Of a stretch of 64,000 bases of DNA, positions 48,601-58,499 are shown one piece after another. The notes beneath the pieces were generated by a model. That model was not told where the DNA came from. It ran no database searches and saw only the letters and a program-made list of their open reading frames with translations. The translations under genes and the position numbers were made by a program. Source of the stretch: Perkinsus chesapeaki ATCC PRA-425 (lineage: Eukaryota; Protista; Perkinsozoa); assembly GCA_013115145.1 (NCBI GenBank), contig JAAPAO010000059.1, positions 34,741-98,740 on the forward strand. Reading direction: 5' to 3'. The first letter of the stretch is position 1, and every line of letters begins with the position of its first letter.

Positions 48601-51600
48601 GAGAACAGCACTAACCCGCCGTCTTTCGATACCCTTGTAGAAGACTACAATAAAAGCGTAGCGGAGGACCCTGAGCTTGAGATGGCCTCCACCGTGACGT
48701 TACGGCTGGCAATGAGGCCTTCGACCCCTTCAGCCTCATCATCACCGGAGCCGAGCACTAGTGGCTTTATTTCCTGGGATGATGGCCCGGCCCCCACGCC
48801 CAGCCACTCGTTCAGCGCCGAGGACACTATTGAGTTATTGCCATGCTACGAATTGGAGACAAAGATCGAGGGACATTTTCGGCAACACAATGAAGTGAGC
48901 CTCTCAGCAGCTCCGCCTGTGTGAGCTCATCCGTGGTGTCTTCAGCTTAGCCGGTCGCTGACGCGGTTTGCGGGATTCTCGGATGTCATAGAGACACATC
49001 TCTTCCGGGCAGCCTCTGCTAAGAAAGCACTCGATCGAGCTCGCCAGGAGGAGGACCTCACCAAGCGTGCTGAAGCCGTGGCCAGGTGAGACACTACTTC
49101 TTTCGAAATTTGCAGCTCACTGTGGTCTAGGGTTTTTGATCTGCTTTCGCGGTGCGGAGAAGGCCTTGCCGAGGTCCAAAGAGAGCTGGACACGTTCGAC
49201 CGATTGTGGAACTCGCTAGAGCCTGGCGAGCAGGTATGCTCTTCTCGGCAACAATGTTTCATTACCACGCTGTAGATTGCGTCGAAGGTGATGCGTGGTC
49301 GAGCTAAGTACCTCTCTGATGTCATCCGAACAAAGGCTGATAAATGCCGTCTGACTGTGGGGGAAATTCACAATGATGCCCTCAGTGTCCTGGACGAGGT
49401 GCAGAACTGCATAGCAGATTCAGCAGCCCTTCAAAGCTGACTTACGTTTCTTAGATATACATAGATGTTGCATTCAGTGTACTAATTAGTGCTTGTAAAT
49501 CAGGTGGAGCTGTGTACTTTGTTTTTTTCATGGGAGAGTGGGGAGGGCCTTCCAATTTCAATATCCCGGATACCGAGTCATCCCTAGCCTTAGAGACCCG
49601 TCGCCCTAGACAGCCCTCCTCCCAGGATAACGTTGGCAGTGTCACTGACCATGAGAAGTTCATTTTGGCGATCAATAACATAGTCGAGGTGCCAGAGGGG
49701 TGGCAGTGTCATGTGTGCGGCACCCTGATCCCCTCATCCGCTTACGAGGCATGGGTGCACACGCATGAGAGTGATCATCGCCGTCGAAGGCCTCCAAAGC
49801 CGAAACGTAAGGCTGCATGGTTCCAGCGGGAATTGAACCTTACGTATGCTGTAGGTCCCGCGGACATTCCAGAATGTTTTGATGTCCGTGATTACTCTGG
49901 GGGGACTCACTGTGAAGTCTGCAGAGTTCGTCTGACGAGCTATGCTTCCCATGAATCTCACCTCCGAGGCCGGCAACATCTATATCGGTTGAGTGAACGC
50001 CGCAACAGAGCCCTGCATCAGAAGTATTCCTAATATTCACCAACGTACCCATTGCTGGGCGACGCCAGCTCTATAAGCTTCAGTGAACTTGTCTTCTCTG
50101 ATCGCTGATCGTCTACTCTTTTCTCTCCCTGAGCATTGGAGCTTGCGCTCACTGTGACGGTTGCTCGCGTCCTGGTGCAGGTTACCGCGCTATGTCCGTC
50201 CCGGGATCGGCTGGATCCTGGGGGCACCGTGGAAGATTTCACATACCGTCTACGTCCTCGACTGCCGTACCTCAGGGCATGGGTGCGTCCAATTCCCGTT
50301 GGGCTTCGGGCCTTGGGGATGCGCTGAGTAACCAGGACAAGTTCAACTTGGCGATCAACTACGTGAACAAGTCGGATGGTGTTTGGTTGTGCACCATATG
50401 TGGAATTGAAATAACTGAAGGTCCATTGGGTGCACTTGACCATATCTTAACCGAGAATCATAGGAAGGCACGGAGTGCTCACCAGCCGCAAAGTGAGGCA
50501 AACCGGCTTACGGCTTGCGGGTTAATGGCGCCTCTCGCCTTGCCCCGCGCATTTCTATTCCCTTGTGTTTAGCGCCCGATGACCTCCCAGAGCACTACTA
50601 CATCCGGATGTAGTAGTGCTAGTAGGAAAGCAAATACCCTCACGACCAAGTATACTACAGAGCTGTCGCGCACTGTCTTTCCCCAAGCCAAGATGACCAA
50701 GTCTGAGGAGATCACGCGCAGACTCAGTAGAGAGACAGACTTGCGAATTTGGCTGACCGTCGTAGCGAGCAGGAGAGAGGCCAAGGAATGTATGCCCATC
50801 TAGCTTGATTCCTGTCCTCAACGGAGTCTGTGAGCTCTCGGAGCCCCCCACACCGGACATAGCAACTTCTCGTAGATGTTCGCGTACCATGTGCTTCGTG
50901 AAACCACTAGCTTCCACTCTCTTCGCGAACTCGCGCCCAGCAGCTTGACCTCGTCTTTTTTTATGACATTGGGAATGGTCATACCCCTCCTCGGGCAGGC
51001 CGCACTTGTTGCAGAGGAACTTGACAGGGGACTGCTCAATAGGACGCCCTTTTTTGGGGCGATTGGAGTGCTTCGCTTGCAAAGTGTTAGACTTCTTTAA
51101 CAACACTATGCTACAGACCTTGCATGGAGCTTCCTCGGAGCAAGCATCGCTGCGAGTATTTACCGAATCGTAGTCGTACTGTAAGGCGTCAACAAAGTAG
51201 CGCTTGCCTTCTCTCCAGGACTCGAACGATGTCGGGTCATCTTCGAAACGTTTCAGCCGGCGCGTACACGCAGGGCAGAGAACCTTTGGAAGAGAAAGGT
51301 TCGCCACTTCGCGAGTAAAATCGACCTTGTAGTACTTAACACACCTCTCGCACATTATTTTACCAGGAGGAGAGACTGGTTTCCCAGTCTGGGTTACCCT
51401 CGTGAAGCAAAGGCGGCACACACGGTAGAGATTCTGGAGGTGGCGCGGCTCAGCAGCACTGGCTATTTCCGGGGGTATTTCAAGGTACTTCATCAGCCAG
51501 TGGACCAGTTATAGAATAAATACTTATATCAAGGGCTATTGTGATGTTTCTAGCTGATGGCAGTTAATACTTGAGGCACCCATCTGAGCTAGCATCGATC

Positions 51601-52129
51601 TGTGGGCGCCGGTTGTTGGATTGACAATGTATCTGGTGCGTTGGATAGTCGTACGCGTTCTCACGTGATTTCGTTGAGTTTTTTCTTTTTATAATTTTTT
51701 ATATGTCTAAGTAGTTACAGCCGGCTTCAAGGCGCTTCCAGTGGCCTCTCTAGACGTGTGTAAAGTAGAGTTTTTAAAAATGTCCCCACCGGGGATCGAA
51801 CTCGTGACCCCCATTTTGCGCGCAAATTTAGCGCGCAAATTGAAGAACCAATATTTTCAAAACCTGATGCCTAGAAACGGAGATACGCATATATTCTGAT
51901 CGAGAATTTCATGGAGACTATCATGATATAGGTTTCTTCTTACCTGCATATAATTCCACCTCAGCCCCGACTCCGGCCACCCGTGATCCGTAGAGATGAT
52001 TACTCTGGAGTCGTTCATTGCCGTTTGTGCCGCAAGAAGCTTGAAAACGTAGATACCTGGTTATCTCATGAGAGGGGTAGAGCACACATCGGCAGTCTCA
52101 CCGCGCTACGACATCTCAACCGGCAATGA
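42620..52129 (+). CDS. Large DEAH/RHA RNA helicase with four C-terminal C2H2 (matrin/JAZ-like) zinc fingers; last exon interrupted by a transposon
   Basis: HGDTGCGKSSRVPQFILE, VVTQPRRLAAITLA, TTGYLLQ, ILDEAHER, VMSATLQ, VFLPGIAEI, STNIAESSVTIPGV, QRMGRAGR, HA2 LGKLCIVMPLELRLCK. Fingers at ~49700, ~49910, ~50390 and ~52015. Confidence 0.88.
50555..51493 (-). pseudogene. 3'-truncated transposase: RAG1/Chapaev-type N-terminal Zn-binding region, no DDE core
   Basis: HLQNLYRVCRLC...VDFTREVANLSLPKVLCPAC...CKVC, KKGRP, CNKC..H..C. The last ~20 codons read out through the palindrome into host sequence. Confidence 0.75.
50591..50620. repeat. Perfect 30-bp palindrome at the insertion junction
   Basis: AGCACTACTACATCC|GGATGTAGTAGTGCT. 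Confidence 0.98.
50607..51985 (-). mobile_element. Truncated DNA transposon (RAG1-like/Transib- or Chapaev-related), one intact CAC end, 5-bp duplication ATCCG
   Basis: End reads CACGGGTGGCC on the minus strand from 51985; ATCCG at 50602-50606 and 51986-51990; removing the insert restores the helicase frame HYYIR-RDDYSG. Confidence 0.85.
51781..51809 (-). other. tRNA 3'-half-like fragment inside the transposon subterminal region
   Basis: GGTCACGAGTTCGATCCCCGGTGGGGACA followed by TTTTT. Confidence 0.45.
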
Positions 52130-53195
52130 AGACGTTATGAGCGAGGATACCCCTGCAAGGGACTAACTCCGACTAACTGTATTTTAATAACACTAATACG
52201 CGGTTGTGATCTGACCTGCGCCCTGAGCTTCAAGTTGATGTGACCGCTATACTATTCCCTAACCAAATATATGCATTTTACCCGACCCGTTGTCATTAGT
52301 ACTGTTGCCCTTTCGCGTTGATTGGCCGGCATTCACACCAGTTTACCTTGCTACGCATCTGCAATGTCATCTGACTACAGCCCACAGCTCACCCTAGTAC
52401 CTTTCGGTACCCGTCCGGATCAGAGCGGTGACCCTCCCCAGGAGTCACCTCGGAGCTTGGAGGCTCGGCCCTCCCCTTTGCAGAGGTACACGTCCATGGC
52501 ATCGCATCAGCCCCTTATGCAAAAAGGCTGCTGTTCTACCTCCAGGCCCATGTCCACCGCATCGACGGTAGTGCCGTCCTGTTATTTATCATCTGCCACC
52601 AGCGCTGCTGCGGCCATCATGTTTGATAGCAGATCCCCCAGCCCTGCTGTGAGCGAAATTGGACCGGTACGTTGAACTTTATGATCGTATTCACGGTGAT
52701 GCTTAGTTCCCTCGAATGGGCTCTCCTACTTACATTGATGAGAGATTTTCGGCTATGACCGGTCACAAAATTGGAAACAACAGGCTGCCCACTATCACCC
52801 CATCTACAGTCGGTACTGCATCGTCTTCGTCCTCTCAACACAAGAGCTTGGACGTCATCTCGCAAGATCTTGTCCGGTAGGGAGAACTTAACGTCCATCA
52901 GCCGTCGTCCGAACTGTAGCAGCACCGTCTGTCGCTGGTAGTCTCCATGAGACCACTTCCAACCCACAACAGATAATCTCGCGATCCTCTTGAATTGCAA
53001 GAATCCTTGGCATTTCAATACTTGAAATGGGATAAGTACCTCCGTAGTGTTGGTAGATGGGCCTCTACTTAAACTTCCGGCTTAGGTTAATAGCAATGTT
53101 GTCTGTTGGTGTCGCCGCCTACATTTCCCTCGAGGCTCCACGGCTTCTAATTTACTCTCAGGCATCGAGCGACAGTCCTTGAGACTATCGGCCTT

Positions 53196-56100
53196 ATGTT
53201 AGACGAAGGACTCCTCGACAAGGAAGAGAGTTCGAGGGCTGTACTTCTGGCCACGCAAGGTGCGGAAACTTCAATGCCATTGCCGATCCATTTTGGGGAG
53301 CAGGAGCTTCTCACGTGTCGATACTTTCCGATCTCCTCTCGAGCCGCCCGACAATGCCGGGCAAGGCGGAGTTCCTCAAGATGTACCTCTCTGCATTAGT
53401 CGAAGATGCAAAGAAGGTAAGCTGGGTAAACCCCTCGTATCTAGATTCCCCTTCCATATCAGAATGAAGCCACTTCACTGCACTATCATCATCATCAGCA
53501 GCAGCCGCTGCCTTATAATGGTCGGTAGCATTTTAATTCGATTAATAATGACCTTCTTCAGGTTTGTATTCTTTACCACCACACGGTGGTGTCCCTAGCT
53601 ACTACCCCTCGGGACTAATGGATCCGGCTTACTACATTCCAGCTCAACATCCAGGATGTCATCATACTGCACCACCTTCGGTGCTACCACCACAGATGAT
53701 GGCAGTACGCCACGGCGGCACACCTGTAAGTACTCCTATGGAAAGACGACTCCACGCCTTTATATGACGATCGTGTCTCCACCGTAGCCCGGTCTGCAAT
53801 GCTGCCCGTCCCCCTCATCTCAGCCGGGACGTGGCAAGGAAAGTGGGGGCACTCCTCCGTTACGGGCGGCGACCTGCCCTTCAGAAAGTGATTCAGATGA
53901 CAGCCGCAAGTGAGTTCCAGAGGGGTTGAGTAAGTGCCGAATCTCCTCCCTTCAGGCAAGCCTGCTACTGCCCGGCACCTATTCCCTACCCAGGGCCATA
54001 CCCCTATCAGTTTGCACAGCATTTCGGTAGTCGTAGTGTCGGCAATTCATACGAGTAAGATTTTCCCACTAGTAGCTTTGCGCACCGGATGCATGTGTCG
54101 GTATACTTATCTCAGATTCTACCCTTCACCGACGCCCCCCCTTGTCAGTCTCCCAAGCCCGCGAGGTACGGCTCTTCCCTTCTCCATCTCTGCCTGTGTT
54201 ATCTTCCCCGACAGGTGTGTCTCCCTCGCCAACACCGCCGCCGGTAGTTGTACCCCAATTCATCCAACGGAACACCTCAGCTTCGTCGAATCCAGGGCTC
54301 ACAGAGGCCCCTGCAGCCTCTACAAAGGCTGTTACCTCTTGCTAATAGAAGCGAACCTAATTAAAGCCTCACGAGTGACAATGAATTTTCTTACATTCGG
54401 TTGTCGCGTTATCGGATATCCTTATATTTTTAAACAAGGTATACTGGTCCATCTAGTGTTTTGTTTCCCATTGTTCATGCTCCAGCGATCACTTTGGAAC
54501 CTCCGAGCGCGCTTAGGCCCCACTGCATTCACCGGTGAGGCATCGCTTCGCTTCTGAGTTTGGAATTAGGGTTTCGAATTCCTTCCGGAAAGGGTCACGG
54601 CCGTATGTAGTGATATTGCAGCCCGCTTGTACCTGAACAAGTTGGTACGGTGGTGAACGACCCTTCTTCTTCGGCGGCACTGTCAACGCCGCACTTGTTG
54701 TATATTCGGGGAGCTGCTGCTACAGGACGTTATGGATCCTCCTTTCATTTCAGGTGCGGCAGCACTTGGGCTCGCCACGTTGTTCCTCCCATTGGGCATC
54801 CTTAAAGAGCGAGATACCGAACCAAGCAACTCAGTTAAGGAGTCCGTCTTTTATGCCCTTCCCATGCTCCCGGCATTTTACTTCCACCTCAATTTCAGTC
54901 TTCATCCTGTTTGGGTAAGCTCACGCAGCAAAACCTATGATCGATACGGGCTCTCCTGTTTAGTCGCTACCAGTACTTTACATGGCCGGATGGGCAGGCC
55001 TGATGAGCGGGCAGGCTCTAGCCGTGAGCGACACTACTATGAAGAAAGCTGGATCTACCTAAACACACTGCAAAAATTGACGTTTCTCGCTCCTAGTGCT
55101 TCGTAGCGTTATTGTTAATGAGCAAACATAACGACGCGTCCGGCTAAGGTTGGATCATTCGTATTCGAGCTCATCAAGGGTGCCTCCAATCAAGCGCCTC
55201 AGCACTGTTGCGCACGGTACCGAGCACTATGGAGTAGGGGAGGATATTGAGGCTTGGAACTCCCTGGCGCTCCTTATCATTCAACATTACTCAATTAGCA
55301 GACCATTTCTGATAATATGAATGAAGCCTCTTCCTCGCCCAGGCGTCGAAGTCGTAGGCTGAGTTGGAAACGCGCAACCACTAGCGATGACGTCGTAAGC
55401 ACCTTATTATACCTTCCGAGACACCTTTGTCATTATCAGCCTTGTACTCACTGTGGTATCACGTACTGGTGCGATGGTGACGAGATGCTTCTATGTGATG
55501 GCCCAGGCTGCTCTAACGCATATCACCTCAGGTCCCGATGACCAGTGTCGATCTGACTCCATCGCGTGCTGCTCAGATGCGTCCGTCCGATGCTCCGGAG
55601 CGTTCCATCCTCGCCGAGGTGGCTTTGCGCTGCATGTTCACCTACGGAGCAAGTGCCGAGTCCGCGGTCGGCAAAGGACCTTGCAGGCAAGAGGCATAAC
55701 CATACGGCTCGATATACCAGTGTTGTAGTGTAGATGACGATATGAGTGTAACTTGTGAGAAATGTCATCTTCGGTGGTGGGGCGAAGGCAACGAGATTAT
55801 CCTCTGTGGCAAGTAGGAGTCCAATATTTTGCTTGCTGTACGCTCCATAGGTACGATTCGCATGGATGTCGATGGGGCTGCCATCTCAAGTGTCATCGGC
55901 CAAGGCTCTCCGCAGTACCAAAAGACGATTGGTAAGCTGCTGGCATTTCTTATTAATAACAATCCACGAATTTGACCCCCCCCCCCTACAGGTTATGCAC
56001 CGCGCATGCTGTTGGCGAAGCACTGGGGGCGCAAACGCGGCACCGACGAGTTGTCGATTCATCCCCGCTGCTCAACGATGGGTGCGTGTCGCCCAGTCGT

Positions 56101-57923
56101 ACCTGGTTACACGGACACAGTCGCTCTGATGGACAGGCTTGCTGGTAGGTTCATAGCTTCGTAACCGCGTCATCGTTGCACTATCCCCTACAGGAGCTCT
56201 GGCTGCATGAATGAGTGCACCGTATGCGGGCAATGGTTCTCCCAAGACGGTTTCATGGAGCATACCAAGTATAATGTCTCCATCAAGCCAACTGAAGGCG
56301 AGAACCTCCACAGTGCACTCGATCCCAGAGCGTGTGAAACTGTCCGGTATTTCAGATGGGCGACTAGCACCGAACGAGATGGCAAACTGCCTGGTCGAAT
56401 GGGAACCTGGGTACCCGGGCTACCCCGGTACTCGACCCTGTCCTACTTCCCTCATCACCACCACAATATCAGGCTTGGCAAAGCATGCATACCTCCGAGT
56501 GAATCCATCAAACTGCCGTCAGTTGCGTAGCACGCCACCATGCGAGGCACGATCTATGCTTCGCCAGCATGGTGGGTTACAGATGCCCTATCGCCATGGA
56601 GAGCTCCCTGTTGGTTCCAGGCGTCTGGTTTAATTCGAACATGTTTCGTGGCCGTCTCGGCCCCCTGGTCGATATCGCTAAGCGTCAAGAGATGCGCCTG
56701 CAGGAGGAGAATGTCGACTTTTATACCTATGACTACTACGCAGGTGTGCAGCGGCACAATATTTTCGTTTCGTAGTGTTATTCGCTCAGATGGTTTAACA
56801 AGAGCATCTGACTTGATTGATGCTGATGGCTTGGACTACAGACCCTACCTTACAACCCTCAAGAAGCATGCATCTTTCCTGCTGAGGGAGATTTTCCCAG
56901 AACTCACCGTCACCTATCAAGAGGGGCATGACAAAGTGGGCACCATCGGCATAAGGGCTCGTCCGGCCGTGTTCGTTAAGCTACTCCTAGCGAGGAGAAT
57001 AAGCATACCTCTAGGAGTATTTCATGCCCTTAATTGACCAGTCACCACCTACTATTCACACATTAGACACTGATCGTGATCCTTGCAATTGCCTGCCAGT
57101 AGTATGCTCGTAGGTAAGGTTCTTCCGTGGTAGCTACCATACAGCTCTGCATGCTGACCATACCCTACAGCACCGGCTTGTTGGATATGACCCGACCGAG
57201 TGCACATTGCTGACTGTATGGGTTGCAATTGCCGAGCTCAGAGAAGGTGCGGTATAATCTGCTTACGATTGATTTCTCCACTGACACGCATTGTGACTTG
57301 TTTCAGCACGAGATGGATTATGCTTCTTCCTCCCAAACGACGAAACATCTCCTCTCCAAGAGGGAACGGTAGCTTGCATGGTCAACGTCCAGCCTGGCGC
57401 CTGTGCTGTATTCCTCGAGACGATTCCTCACTTCTCTCCAAAAGAGGTATTCATGAACAGTCACCCCCCTGTTTTGTCATCCTCGTCATCTCAGCAATGT
57501 TGGCGTCGATTTCCAAAGGGGTTTCGAGCATCAGTCGATATGAGATTTGTCATTTCCCCAGCAGGCCAGGCTGTTTATATCGGCTCCGAGTTGAAGAATG
57601 AATTAGCTTCGGACGACCCGGCAATCCGGGTGAGTGTGTTCACGCGTAGTCAGTGTTTCACCGTTCAGCTTCGTGTATTTCTGTCAACGGTCAGGAGCGA
57701 CATTATTCCTTCTTTTTCACATCTTTGCAATTGGCGACGATTTATTCTATACCTTGTCTGTCTCAAGAACCGTATCGAGTTTTATGCTCAGGATTGCCCC
57801 TACTGCATGGTACCGCGGGCGAGACCAGCCCGGTGGATGGACCTTAGAGAGACATGGCTGTTTCGTCAAGGAACCATGCCTAACTTTGGTTTGAATAGTT
57901 GTAAACGAAGAAGAAAGGCATGA
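53196..57923 (+). CDS. PHD-finger chromatin protein, multi-exon; ends approximate
   Basis: CTHC..DGDEMLLCDGPGCSNAYHL|RC..WLCAAC and CEKC..GNEIILCG..GC..GCHLKC..VPKDDW|LCTAC; Pro/His-rich N-terminus; long C-terminal region unrecognised. Confidence 0.7.
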
Positions 57924-58499
57924 TGTTACTAGTGTGTGAGCACTAACCACTCTTCTAAGCAATGTGAGTTGAGCAGGAACGCAAGAGATAACCAAGAGAG
58001 ACACTTTCGCCAATCACCCGATGAGGTGGTATGAGTTCATCACTTCCTCCTTTTCACCCACAGAGGCTTTGAAGCGATCTGGTTGATGGCCGAGGAGTAA
58101 TGATTATTCATTCTCGAGAACTTCACCTGTTCAACACAGACAGCCTGGGTAGCGGCATTAGTCTACGTACTTTAGCTATTTCAGTAAAGGCTGAGGACTC
58201 TATGCGACGTTGTTCATCCGAAACTTGCTGCCTAAGCTGCTTGATATACATCTCGTATCTTTACAACACAGTAACTCATTCACACTGAGCATGTCCTCAC
58301 CGCAGTTCGACTTCCAGTTGCTGACACCTAGCTCGCGCTTGGATGGCAGAAATGCTTGCAGCTAACTCTAATTCGACTTTCCTCTCGACCTCTTTAGCCT
58401 ACACACCACTTGCTTGTCAGTACGACTGTGGCCGACTTACCTCTTTCGGATGAATCACACAAGGCAGCTGTTGCGGACAGAAATTAGTCCCACACTTGA

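Noticed and set aside
50192-50572. ORF-track end LFPCV* as the true helicase C-terminus
   Set aside because: 50493-50572 is a GT-AG intron; the spliced frame continues into PDDLPEHYYIR, homologous to the first module.
51756-51763. Alternative element end GTG|TAA (Chapaev3-like TWA target)
   Set aside because: Does not restore the host reading frame; the end at 51985 gives both a 5-bp duplication and an exact in-frame repair.
51772-51806. RSS-like arrangement CACGAGT-22 nt-TTAAAAACT on the minus strand
   Set aside because: Heptamer matches only at CAC, the site is internal to the element with no TSD, and it is better explained as a tRNA-like fragment plus A/T run.
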